Source of the DNA: Longimicrobiales bacterium
GTDB taxonomy: Bacteria > Gemmatimonadota > Gemmatimonadetes > Longimicrobiales > RSA9
Direction of reading: 5' to 3'
NCBI GenBank assembly: GCA_035465395.1
Contig: DATHRK010000103.1
Coordinates: forward strand, 23,822-87,821
Length of the DNA: 64,000 nucleotides
Shown here: piece after piece, positions 35,324-44,507 of the stretch
Layout: each line of letters starts with the position of its first letter
Numbering within the stretch: the stretch's first letter is position 1
Position numbers and translations under genes: made by a program
Notes under the pieces: generated by a model
Databases searched by the model: none
Seen by the model: the letters and a program-made list of their open reading frames with translations, nothing else
What the model was told of the DNA's origin: nothing

Positions 35324-36850
35324 ATGTCGCTACCCAAACTCCTGATAGCAGACGACGAGCGCCCCGTCGCCGAGGGTCTCAAGCTGCTCCTCGCCGAGGA
35401 GGGCTACGAGACCGACATGGCGACGAACGGCGAGGAGGCGTGGGACAAGATCGCCTCCGGGGACTTCGGCCTCGTCCTGGCCGACCTGAACATGCCCAAG
35501 CTGAGCGGCCTGGAGCTGTTCGCGCGCATGCGCCAGGAGGCCGTCTCCAGCGAGATCATCATCATCACCGGGGAAGGCACCGTCGCCTCCGCGGTGGAGG
35601 CGATGCGCGAGGGCGCGTACGACTACCTGACCAAGCCGCTGGACCTGGACCGGCTCAAGGCGCTGATCCCCAAGGCGCTGGAGACCTACGAGGTCAAGAA
35701 CGCCAACAAGGCGCTGCGTCGGCAGCTCGAGGGGCTCAACCGCTTCGGCGACATGGTGGGCCAGTCCGACGAGATGCTCGAGGTGTTCGCCACCATCGAG
35801 GCCGTCGCGCCGTCCCAGGCGAGCGTGCTGATCATCGGCGAGAGCGGCACGGGGAAGGAGCTCGTGGCGAGGGCGATGCACGAGAAATCGCCGCGCCGGA
35901 AGGGGGCCTTCGTCGCCTTGAACTGCGGCGCGTTCCCGCGCGAGATCCTGGAGAACGAGCTGTTCGGCCACGAGAAAGGCGCGTTCACCGGCGCCGTGGC
36001 GGAGAAGGCGGGCGCCTTCGAGCTCGCCGACGGGGGGACGCTGTTCCTGGACGAGGTCGCCGAGATGGAGCCCGACGTGCAGGTGAAGTTCCTGCGAGCG
36101 TTGGAGCAGCGGGCGTTCAGGCGCCTCGGCGGCAAGAAGGAAGTCAGCGTCGACATCCGGGTGATCGCGGCGACCAACCGTGACGTCCAGGAGGCGCTCG
36201 ACGGCGGCGATCTCCGCGAGGACCTCTACCACCGGCTCGCGGTCATCCCGATGACCCTGCCCCCGCTCAGGGATCGCGGCAACGACGTGATGCTCCTCGC
36301 CGAGGAGTTCCTGAGGAAGTTCGCCGAGAGCCACGACAGGGAGAACCTCAAGGGGTTCGACGCCGCGGCGCTCGAGTACCTGGCCACGTACTCGTGGCCC
36401 GGCAACGTCCGCGAGCTGCGCAACGCGGTCGAGCGGGCCGTCATCCTGGCCCGCGCGGAGACGATTTCCGCGCGCGATCTGCACCCCCGTCACGCAGCGC
36501 TGAACGAACGCGAGCTCCGGGTCGAAGTCGGCACCTCCGAGGAGGAGGCGATCCGGCTGCTGACGCTGAAGACCTACGCGCTGTGCGGCGGGGATGTGGA
36601 CAAGACCGCCACGATCCTCGGGGTGCCGGCGAAGGAGGTGTCGGCACGACTCACCGAATACGTCGGGGCGAGCGCGTCCGGGTCGGCGGCATCGGGCGGG
36701 TCCGGCGCGTCCACGAAGAAGAGCTCGACTCCGAAATCGAAGAAGAAGGGCTCGTCCGCCCAATCCGCCGAGAAGGACGCGTCCGGAAAGACGAAGAAGT
36801 CCGCTTCATCCAGGAGCGGCGGGAAGAAATCCACGAAGGGTAAGAAATGA
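35324..36850 (+). CDS. sigma-54-dependent Fis-family response regulator (NtrC-like) with Lys/Ser-rich C-terminal tail
   Basis: REC domain (LLIADDE...DLNMPKLSG). AAA+ domain (GESGTGKELVARAMH, GAFTGA, VRVIAATN). HTH (DVDKTATILGVPAKEV). Followed by a ~65-aa S/K/G tail. Confidence 0.9.
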   Translation: MSLPKLLIADDERPVAEGLKLLLAEEGYETDMATNGEEAWDKIASGDFGLVLADLNMPKLSGLELFARMRQEAVSSEIIIITGEGTVASAVEAMREGAYDYLTKPLDLDRLKALIPKALETYEVKNANKALRRQLEGLNRFGDMVGQSDEMLEVFATIEAVAPSQASVLIIGESGTGKELVARAMHEKSPRRKGAFVALNCGAFPREILENELFGHEKGAFTGAVAEKAGAFELADGGTLFLDEVAEMEPDVQVKFLRALEQRAFRRLGGKKEVSVDIRVIAATNRDVQEALDGGDLREDLYHRLAVIPMTLPPLRDRGNDVMLLAEEFLRKFAESHDRENLKGFDAAALEYLATYSWPGNVRELRNAVERAVILARAETISARDLHPRHAALNERELRVEVGTSEEEAIRLLTLKTYALCGGDVDKTATILGVPAKEVSARLTEYVGASASGSAASGGSGASTKKSSTPKSKKKGSSAQSAEKDASGKTKKSASSRSGGKKSTKGKK

Positions 36851-37080
36851 CTTCCTTCCTGAAGGGGGCGCTCGCGGGCGCGGTGGTCGCGTTCCTGTAT
36901 GCACCCAAGCGTGGTGAAGAGACGCGCGCGCGTGCGCGCAACGAGATCGAGGGCCTCCTGGCGCGCATCGAGGCGACGCTCCGAAACGCGGGCGAGAACC
37001 TCACCGAGCAGCTGGAGGACTGGCGCGAGCGCGCCGTCGGCGCCGTCGAGGGGGACCCGGACGGCTACCCCGGCGCGTGA
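36847..37080 (+). CDS. YtxH domain-containing protein
   Basis: ATGA overlap with the regulator stop. FLKGALAGAVVAFLYAPKRGEETR is typical of YtxH. Confidence 0.75.
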   Translation: MTSFLKGALAGAVVAFLYAPKRGEETRARARNEIEGLLARIEATLRNAGENLTEQLEDWRERAVGAVEGDPDGYPGA

Positions 37081-38035
37081 GGGCAGCGGGGCCGCGGCCG
37101 AAACCGCGCCCCCCGCCCGGCAGGCGCGAACCGTCGCGGACGCGGCCTGGTTCAGCGAGGCTGCCGATGCGACGCTCGACTTCCTGCGGCGCCTCTACAG
37201 GAAGGCCGGCGAGGACAACATCTTCTTCCTCGCCGGCGCGATCGCATTCAACCTGCTGGTCGCGTTCGTCCCGCTGCTGCTTGCCGTCCTCGGTATCGCC
37301 GGGACGGTCCTGCGCGCCCGCGGGGTCGACTCGGCCGCGCTCGTCCTGGACTACGTGCGGCGCAGCCTGCCTTCGCTGGGCGAGCAGTTGGAGGTGCAGC
37401 AACAACTCCTCGACATCTTCGCGGCGATCATTCAGAACAGCGCGGGCTTCCTCAGCATCGGTACGCTGGTCCTGGCGTGGGTCGCCACCCGGCTGGTGGG
37501 GACCCTGCGGACGGTGCTGCGCGAGATCTTCGACATCCACTACGACCGCGGGATCGTGCGCGGGAAGCTCTTCGACCTGAAGATGGTCCTGACGGCGGGC
37601 ACCCTCTTCACGGTCAGCGTCGGCGGCTCGCTCGCGCTTCAGATCGCGACGCAATACGGCTTCCACGCGCTGGGCCTGGAGTACGGCTTCCCCGCGGGCA
37701 CCCAGGTCCTCTTCGGGCAGCTCGTCGCGTTCGCGGTGCTGTGGACCGTCTTCCTGCTGACCTACCACTTCCTGCCGGCCCGCCGACCGCAGGCGCGGAC
37801 GTCGATGATCGCGGCGACGTTCGCATCGGTCGCGTTCGAGATCCTGCGCCGGGCGTTCGGCTGGTACGCCACGAACGTCGCCGACTACGCCTCCACGTAC
37901 GGTTCGGTCGCGTTCGTCTTCGTCCTCATTCTCTGGATGTACTACAGCTCGGTGGTGTTCGTGCTGGGTGGCGAGGTCGCGCAGGTCGCCATGCAACGGC
38001 GGACGCGCAGGCGGCAGAAGGAACGGCTGGGATGA
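37079..38035 (+). CDS. YihY/BrkB family membrane protein (start codon unresolved)
   Basis: Motif LDFLRRLYRKAGEDNIFFLAGAIAFNLLVAFVPLL plus 6 TM segments. The only upstream in-frame canonical start is ATG 36899, inside ytxH. No ATG/GTG/TTG lies between 37080 and the conserved N-terminus. Confidence 0.75.
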   Translation, partial: EGSGAAAETAPPARQARTVADAAWFSEAADATLDFLRRLYRKAGEDNIFFLAGAIAFNLLVAFVPLLLAVLGIAGTVLRARGVDSAALVLDYVRRSLPSLGEQLEVQQQLLDIFAAIIQNSAGFLSIGTLVLAWVATRLVGTLRTVLREIFDIHYDRGIVRGKLFDLKMVLTAGTLFTVSVGGSLALQIATQYGFHALGLEYGFPAGTQVLFGQLVAFAVLWTVFLLTYHFLPARRPQARTSMIAATFASVAFEILRRAFGWYATNVADYASTYGSVAFVFVLILWMYYSSVVFVLGGEVAQVAMQRRTRRRQKERLG

Positions 38036-38505
38036 GCGCGAACGGCAAGACGGACGGTCGCAAGATCATTGCGCGAAACAAACGCGCTTCGCGCGACTAT
38101 CACATCCTGGACCGGTACGAGGCGGGCCTCGTGCTCACGGGACCGGAGGTCAAGTCGCTGCGCGCGGGCAAGGTGAGCATCGCCGAGGCGTTCGCACGGG
38201 TGGACCGGGACGAGGTGTGGCTGCATGGGGCGCACATCACCCCGTACGACCCGGCGGGCCCCTGGAACGGCGATCCGACCCGCCCCCGCAAACTGTTGCT
38301 GCAGCGGAAGCAGATCCGCCGGCTGATCGGCGCGACGCAGGAGAAGGGATTGACCCTGGTGCCGCTGGACCTCTACTTCCGGCGCGGGCTCGCCAAGCTG
38401 ACCCTCGCGCTGGCGCGCGGAAAGAAGTTGCACGACCGGCGCGAGGACCTGAAGCGCAAGGCGGCCGACAGGGAGATGGAACGGGCGATGCGGAGGCAGC
38501 GATGA
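38032..38505 (+). CDS. smpB: SsrA-binding protein
   Basis: ATGA overlap. Motifs IARNKRASRDYHILDRYEAGLVLTGPEVKSLR and RPRKLLLQRKQI. Confidence 0.9.
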   Translation: MSANGKTDGRKIIARNKRASRDYHILDRYEAGLVLTGPEVKSLRAGKVSIAEAFARVDRDEVWLHGAHITPYDPAGPWNGDPTRPRKLLLQRKQIRRLIGATQEKGLTLVPLDLYFRRGLAKLTLALARGKKLHDRREDLKRKAADREMERAMRRQR

Positions 38506-39647
38506 GGTGGACGGGTGGGGTGGGGGGCGCGTGTGTCGCGCTGCTGTTCGGCGGTTGGGCGTCGGGGGCGCAGGCCCAGACGGCCCCGTTGGTGCTGGCG
38601 AACGGGGCAGCCAGGGTCGAGGTGGCGCGCCACCGAGGGTGGGCGGCGCACGACCTGCGAGCGCTGGAAGCGCTCGGAGCCACGGTCGCCGAGGACCGGG
38701 ACACTGCGGCCGCGGTCCTGTTCGGGGACACGCTCAGGTTCCGGGACGCGTCGACGTACTTCCGAACGCCCAGCGGGGTCGTCCAACTGGCCTATCCGGC
38801 GTACCGGGCGGATGGGGCGTTCTACCTGCCGCGATCGTTCTTCACCGACTGGCTACCGGCGCGCTACGGAGAGCGTCTCCGGTCCGACGCGCCGGGCGAG
38901 CTGCGCGTGCGCACGGCCGCCGCGACGCCCGCCGCGTCGGGCAGGCGCCTCGTGATCCTGGACCCGGGGCACGGCGGCGTGGACCCGGGCAAGGTCGCCA
39001 GCTCGGGGGTGCGCGAGAAGGACGTGGCGCTGGCCGTCGCCCGCCAGGTAAGGGAAATGCTGCGCGACCGCGGCTACGTCGTCCACATGACGCGCGAATC
39101 CGACACCCTCATCGCGCTCGACGACCGGCCCCGCCTCGCCAACGCGTGGAAGGCCGACGACCCTGCCGCGCTGTTCGTGTCGATCCACGCCAACTCGCAC
39201 CGGCGCTCCTCCGCGCGCGGCTTCGAGACGTTCTTCCTGTCGGAGGCGCGCACCGAAGACGAGCGGCGGGTCGCCGAGGCCGAGAACGCCGCGGTCCAGT
39301 ACGAGAGTGGTACGCCCGCATCGGCCGACCCGGTCGCGCTCATCGCGGCCAGCCTGCGCAACGACTACTACCAGCGAGCCAGCAACGACCTCGCGGAGGT
39401 GATCCAGCGCAGCATGGCACGGGTACACCCCGGCCCGAACCGCGGGGTCAAGCAGGCGGGTTTCCGCGTGCTGGTGGGTGCGCTGATGCCGGCGGTGCTG
39501 GTCGAGACGGCCTTCCTGTCCAACCCGCGCGAGGCCTCTCTGCTGGGCCAGGGCCGCTTCCGATCCGACGTCGCCCAGGCGGTCGCCGACGCGATCGACG
39601 CCTACTTCCAGGGGCACGAGCACCTGTGGGTCAGCCGCTCCGACTGA
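38502..39647 (+). CDS. N-acetylmuramoyl-L-alanine amidase (AmiC-like, Amidase_3)
   Basis: ATGA overlap. Signal peptide. Motifs LVILDPGHGGVDPG, FVSIHANS and PAVLVETAFLSN. Confidence 0.85.
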   Translation: MRWTGGVGGACVALLFGGWASGAQAQTAPLVLANGAARVEVARHRGWAAHDLRALEALGATVAEDRDTAAAVLFGDTLRFRDASTYFRTPSGVVQLAYPAYRADGAFYLPRSFFTDWLPARYGERLRSDAPGELRVRTAAATPAASGRRLVILDPGHGGVDPGKVASSGVREKDVALAVARQVREMLRDRGYVVHMTRESDTLIALDDRPRLANAWKADDPAALFVSIHANSHRRSSARGFETFFLSEARTEDERRVAEAENAAVQYESGTPASADPVALIAASLRNDYYQRASNDLAEVIQRSMARVHPGPNRGVKQAGFRVLVGALMPAVLVETAFLSNPREASLLGQGRFRSDVAQAVADAIDAYFQGHEHLWVSRSD

Positions 39648-41488
39648 TGTCCCGATCCGCCCTCTGGCTTCGGCGCGGCACGGGCCTGGTCTTGGCGCTG
39701 GCCGCGGCCGCCGCGGTCGGCGCCGGGTGCGCCTACTTCAACGCGCTCTACAACGCCGAGCAGGAATTCGAGGACGCCGAGCGCTACGCCGCCGACGGCG
39801 AGCGGTCGCGGGCCGACCAGGCGTACCTGCGGAGCGCGCGGAAGGCCGCCAAGAGCTTCGAGCAGGATCCGCAAGGGCGCTGGGCCGACGATGCGCTGTA
39901 CCTGCTCGGACGGGCGCACTTCCATAGGGGATCCTATCCCGAGGCCGGGGCGTCGCTGCGCCGGTTGCTGGCGATGACCGAAGACGGGGAAATCCGGGCC
40001 GGTGCGCGCGCGCTGCTCGGCGCGACGGAGCTGCGTCTGGGCGACCCCGAGGCGGCGCTGGAGCACCTGGAGGCCGTGCTGGCCGACGACGCCCTATCCC
40101 GCGATACGAGGGCCTTCGCGCTGCTGTGGCGCGGCCGGGCCCGTTCCGAGGCGGGCGACGCGGAATCCGCCTGGGAGGACCTGGTCGCGTCGGCGGAGCT
40201 GGGCGGCCCCACCGCGCGCGCCGCGCGGCTGGAGACGGTGCGTGCGGCCGTGCGCGCGGGCGATCCGGACCGGGTGGGGCCGGCGACCGCGGCCATCGTC
40301 GACGAGGGGCACGCGGACGCCCTCGCGGACTCGCTCTTCGTGCTCGCCGACAGCGCCGACGCGCTCTGGGGGGCCGCCTTCGCCGGCGCGCTGCTTCAGC
40401 CTCTCGAGGAGGCCCCCTGGCCCGACGACCGCCGCGCCGCGCTGTTCCTCACCCGCGCCGGGCTGGCAGCCTCGGCCGGGGACACGGCGCGCGCCATCGA
40501 GCACGCCCTGGAGGCCGCCGCTCGCAGCGCGGGCCCGAACGCCACGCGCGGGCGCCTGGAAGCCGCCCGCTGGACCCTCGCGACGGGGCAGGAGGTGGAC
40601 GAGCTGCGTCAGGTGCGGGGCGTGCTGCTGCCCGCGCTGGCGAGCCCGTCGGCGCGCGACCTGGTCCGGCGCATCGAGGTCGTGGGGCTGCTGGTCGAGA
40701 CCGGGCTCTCGAACAATCAGCCGATCGCCCTCTTTACCGCCGGCGAGATCGCCCGCGACGAGCTCCATGCGCCCGGCATCGCGCGGGCCATCTTCCTCGG
40801 CCAGGCCGAGCAGAACGTGCGGTCGCCGTGGGCGATGAAGGCCGCGCTGGCGGCGGCGCAGCTCGGGCCGACGGCCGACCAGCAGCGGCGCATCGACGCG
40901 ATGCTCGCCAACGCCACGGGCGATCCCTACCTCGCGGCAGCGCGCGGCGAGCCGAGCGAGCGCTACGCACAGCTCGAGGACCGGCTCGGCGAGCTGTCCC
41001 TGGGCCTGCGGCGCTGGGGCGCCGAGGAGGCCGAGCGCCGGGACGGCCTCGTCCTGCAGACGGTTCTCACGATGGACAGCCTGCGCACGGTGGAAGTCCT
41101 CGACAGCATGAGCGTCGTGTGCGCTGCGGTCATGGACAGCCTGGGCATCGCCACCGGATCCTCGGCCGACAGCATCGGCGGCGAGGCGCGCATCTTCGCC
41201 GACAGCGCCATCGCGGCCTGCGTCCGCAGCGACTCGCTGCGGCTCGACTCGCTCGTGAGCGGCGCCATCGACGTGATCCCCGATTCGGCCGCCGCCGACT
41301 CCCTCGACGCGGACTCCGCCGACGGGTTCCCCGCGGACACGACCTCCGACGGCGGAGCGCCGAGCGGTGCGGGCGCCGGCGCGCCGGGCGTCGTCGGGAG
41401 GGCGACGGGCGCCCATCGGGCTACGGTGCGCGCCGAAACGCACGCGGAGGCCGTGCTCCGCATCGGCGGCCTTCGACCGGCGCCATGA
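39647..41488 (+). CDS. TPR-like lipoprotein, uncharacterised
   Basis: The ATG overlaps the amidase stop by 1 nt. Lipobox AVGAGC. TPR/BamD-like helical repeats. D/S-rich C-terminal region. Confidence 0.6.
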   Translation: MSRSALWLRRGTGLVLALAAAAAVGAGCAYFNALYNAEQEFEDAERYAADGERSRADQAYLRSARKAAKSFEQDPQGRWADDALYLLGRAHFHRGSYPEAGASLRRLLAMTEDGEIRAGARALLGATELRLGDPEAALEHLEAVLADDALSRDTRAFALLWRGRARSEAGDAESAWEDLVASAELGGPTARAARLETVRAAVRAGDPDRVGPATAAIVDEGHADALADSLFVLADSADALWGAAFAGALLQPLEEAPWPDDRRAALFLTRAGLAASAGDTARAIEHALEAAARSAGPNATRGRLEAARWTLATGQEVDELRQVRGVLLPALASPSARDLVRRIEVVGLLVETGLSNNQPIALFTAGEIARDELHAPGIARAIFLGQAEQNVRSPWAMKAALAAAQLGPTADQQRRIDAMLANATGDPYLAAARGEPSERYAQLEDRLGELSLGLRRWGAEEAERRDGLVLQTVLTMDSLRTVEVLDSMSVVCAAVMDSLGIATGSSADSIGGEARIFADSAIAACVRSDSLRLDSLVSGAIDVIPDSAAADSLDADSADGFPADTTSDGGAPSGAGAGAPGVVGRATGAHRATVRAETHAEAVLRIGGLRPAP

Positions 41489-42402
41489 GCGCCCTGGCTC
41501 AGACGCTCTTCGGCACCACCTTCCAGAACCCCGTCCTCCTCGCCAGCGGCACCTGCGGATACGGCCGTGAAGTAGCCGGGGTCATCGACCTCGATGCGCT
41601 CGGCGGACTCGTCACGAAGGGCACGACCCTCGAGCCGCGCTCCGGCAACCCCGCGCCCCGCGTCGCCGAGTTCGACGACGGCATGCTCAACTCCATCGGC
41701 CTCGCCAACCCGGGCGCGGTGCGGTGTCGCGAGGAGATGCTGCCGTGGCTCGGCGCGAACCTCCGCAACGCGCGGGTGCTGGTGAACGTGGCCGGGCTGG
41801 CCGTCGAGGACTTCGTCCGCGTCGTCGAGGTGCTGGACGACGCGGACGGCTTCGTGGGCTACGAGCTGAACGTCTCCTGCCCGAACGTGAAGATGGGCGG
41901 AGGCCTGATCGGCGCGTCGCCCGAGTCGCTCGCGGAGGTCGTGCGCTCCTGCCGGCGCGCGACCGACCGTCCGTTGATCGTGAAGCTGCCGCCCAACGTG
42001 CCCGATCCCGGAGCGCTGGCGCGGGTGGCGGAAACGGAGGGAGCCGACGGGCTGACCCTGGTGAACACGCTGCCCGGGCTGCTCTTCGACCTCGGGACGG
42101 GCAGGCCCGTGCTGGGGGCCGGGTCGGGCGGGACGAGCGGCCCGGCGATCCTGCCCGTGGGGGTGCACGCCGTACGCGCCGCGCGTCGCGCCGTGTCCCT
42201 TCCGCTGATCGGAGTCGGAGGCATCCGGACCGCCGCGGACGCCCTCCAGTACGTGCTCGCCGGGGCGTCGCTCGTGCAGCTGGGGACCGCCAGTTTCGCG
42301 GACCCCCGTTCCGCAGAACGGGTATTGTCCGGCCTCGAAGCCCACGTCCGGGACACGCCCGGAAACTTCAAGGACCTCATCGGATCCGGCGAGGACGCCT
42401 GA
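41485..42402 (+). CDS. pyrD: dihydroorotate dehydrogenase (class 1)
   Basis: ATGA overlap. Motifs FQNPVLLASGT, NSIGLANPG, ELNVSCPN and GVGGI. Confidence 0.9.
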   Translation: MSALAQTLFGTTFQNPVLLASGTCGYGREVAGVIDLDALGGLVTKGTTLEPRSGNPAPRVAEFDDGMLNSIGLANPGAVRCREEMLPWLGANLRNARVLVNVAGLAVEDFVRVVEVLDDADGFVGYELNVSCPNVKMGGGLIGASPESLAEVVRSCRRATDRPLIVKLPPNVPDPGALARVAETEGADGLTLVNTLPGLLFDLGTGRPVLGAGSGGTSGPAILPVGVHAVRAARRAVSLPLIGVGGIRTAADALQYVLAGASLVQLGTASFADPRSAERVLSGLEAHVRDTPGNFKDLIGSGEDA

Positions 42403-42410
42403 CGCGAACC

Positions 42411-43112
42411 ATGGCCCACGTCATCGTCGCGCTCGACCAGACGGAAGCGGCGCCTGCGCTCGACCTCGTCGACGCCGTGGGCCCCGCCGTGTCCTGGTAC
42501 AAGGTCGGCGCCCGGCTCTTCACGGCCGCAGGCCCGCGCCTGGTCGCCTCGCTGCGCGAGCGCGGCAAGCGCGTCTTCCTGGACCTCAAGTACCTGGACA
42601 TCCCCAACACGGTCGAGGGCGCGGTGCGCGCCGCGGCGGGCCTGGGCGTCGATCTCCTGACGGTGCACGCCACGGGCGGAGGCGCGATGCTGCGCGCCGC
42701 CGCCGAGGGCGCCGGGGACACGGGAACCGAGGTGGTTGCGGTGACGCTGTTGACGTCGCTGACCGGCGTCGGCGCGGCCGAGGCGTGGGGCAGGGAGGCG
42801 GTGGTGGCCGCCGACGAGGTGTCGCGGCTGGCCGCCTTGGCCGCCGCGTCGGGCGTCGCGGGGGTCGTCTGCGCCGTACCGGAGGCCGCGCGGGTGCGGG
42901 CCGAGCGCGGCTCCGGCTTCCGCATCGTCACCCCGGGGATCCGCATGCCGGGCGACGCGGCCGACGACCAGAAGCGGGTCGCGACCCCGGGCGACGCGGT
43001 GCGCGCGGGGGCCGACTACCTGGTCGTCGGACGCTCGATCACGGGCGCCGAGGATCCGGCCCGGGCCGCGGAAGCCGTGCTCGAGGCGGCCGCCCAGGGG
43101 GTGGCGGCGTGA
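42411..43112 (+). CDS. pyrF: orotidine-5'-phosphate decarboxylase
   Basis: Motifs VIVALD, WYKVG, VFLDLKYLDIPNTV and YLVVGRSIT. Confidence 0.9.
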   Translation: MAHVIVALDQTEAAPALDLVDAVGPAVSWYKVGARLFTAAGPRLVASLRERGKRVFLDLKYLDIPNTVEGAVRAAAGLGVDLLTVHATGGGAMLRAAAEGAGDTGTEVVAVTLLTSLTGVGAAEAWGREAVVAADEVSRLAALAAASGVAGVVCAVPEAARVRAERGSGFRIVTPGIRMPGDAADDQKRVATPGDAVRAGADYLVVGRSITGAEDPARAAEAVLEAAAQGVAA

Positions 43113-43564
43113 GGCGCCCGGCCGCGGTCCTTCTCGCGCTGGCCATCGCCGTCGTCGCGCAGGCGCCTCCGGCGCGTCTCGCGGCGCAGGACGACGCCGA
43201 CGAGGAGGCCCTGCGGGACCTCGTGTCCGCGATCGCGCGGAGCTGGACGCGCGGCGACGCCGACGGCGTGCTGGCCTCCGCCGCCGGCGACGGCGTGCGG
43301 CTGCAGCTGCCGGGCGGGGGCTCGGCGCGCCAGTCGCAGCGGCGAGCGGCCGCGGTGCTGCGGCGCCTGCTGTCGGCGGGCGAAGGCGGGCGCGCCGGTG
43401 CGGGCATGGTAAGCGTCGTCGGGGGCTCGCCGCCGAGGGGCTTCGGCGAGCTGCTCTGGGAGAGCGGCTCGCCCGGCGAACCGGGCGTGGTCAGCGGCGT
43501 CGTCTATCTGGGTTTTCGCATGGAGGACGGCCGCTGGCGGCTGCGCGAAATCCGACTTCTGTGA
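43109..43564 (+). CDS. exported hypothetical protein (DUF4783/SnoaL-like)
   Basis: GTGA overlap with pyrF. Signal peptide ...RLAAQ. C-terminal ...MEDGRWRLREIRLL. Confidence 0.5.
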   Translation: MRRPAAVLLALAIAVVAQAPPARLAAQDDADEEALRDLVSAIARSWTRGDADGVLASAAGDGVRLQLPGGGSARQSQRRAAAVLRRLLSAGEGGRAGAGMVSVVGGSPPRGFGELLWESGSPGEPGVVSGVVYLGFRMEDGRWRLREIRLL

Positions 43565-43575
43565 GGGCCGCCTAG

Positions 43576-44490
43576 ATGCTCGACTTCCTTCGCTCGATTC
43601 CGTGGGCGGACCTCTTCGACTGGCAGGAGGTCGTCGCCGACGCCGTCCGCGTCGTCCTGATCGCGCTCCTCTCGCTGGTCGGCTACCGTATCGTCAGGCT
43701 GATGACGCGCCGGCTCGAGCGGGAAGTCGAGGACGAAGATCCCCTCGACAAGCGCCGACGCGAGCAGCGGCTGCGCACGGTCGCGAGCCTCCTGAACAGC
43801 GTCGCGGCGGTCGTCATCGCCGGCATCGCGCTGCTGATGATCCTGGCCACCTTCGTCGAGATCGGCCCGCTCCTCGCAACGGCGGGCGTCGCGGGCCTCG
43901 CCTTTTCGTTCGGCGCCCAGTCGCTCGTAAAGGACGTCATCACCGGCGTCTTCCTGATGCTGGAGGAGCAGTTCGCGATCGGCGACGTCGTGCGCATCAA
44001 GGAGGTGACCGGCCTCGTCGAGCGGATCACGCTGCGCACGACCGTCCTACGCGACGTGGAGGGCACCGTGCACGTGATCCCCAACGGCGAGATCACGCTG
44101 CTCTCGAACCTTACCAAGGGCTGGTCCAAGGCGGTGCTGGACATCGGCGTCGCCTACAAGGAGGACGTGGACCGGGTCCTCGACGTGATCCGCGAGGAGT
44201 GCGGTAAGCTCTGGGAGGACGAGGAGTGGTCGGAGATCGTCCTGGAGGAGCCGGAGGTGCCGGGGGTGCAGTCGCTGGGCGACTCCGCCGTCGTGCTGCG
44301 CGTGATCTTCAAGACGCTGCCGCTCAAGCAGTGGGACGTCGCGCGCGAGTACCGGCGCCGCATCAAGCGCCGCTTCGACGACGAGGGCATCGAGATACCG
44401 TTCCCGCATCGCACGATCTACCTGGGCGACGGCGCGCAATTTCCGGTGCCGCAAAGCGTCGGCGCCGAGGAAGTATCGGCGGAGGCCTGA
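43576..44490 (+). CDS. mechanosensitive ion channel (MscS family)
   Basis: Motifs GLAFSFGAQSLVKDVITGVFLMLEEQFAIGDVV and TVHVIPNGEI. Confidence 0.85.
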   Translation: MLDFLRSIPWADLFDWQEVVADAVRVVLIALLSLVGYRIVRLMTRRLEREVEDEDPLDKRRREQRLRTVASLLNSVAAVVIAGIALLMILATFVEIGPLLATAGVAGLAFSFGAQSLVKDVITGVFLMLEEQFAIGDVVRIKEVTGLVERITLRTTVLRDVEGTVHVIPNGEITLLSNLTKGWSKAVLDIGVAYKEDVDRVLDVIREECGKLWEDEEWSEIVLEEPEVPGVQSLGDSAVVLRVIFKTLPLKQWDVAREYRRRIKRRFDDEGIEIPFPHRTIYLGDGAQFPVPQSVGAEEVSAEA

Positions 44491-44507
44491 GGGGAAGGGG
44501 GGAAGGG

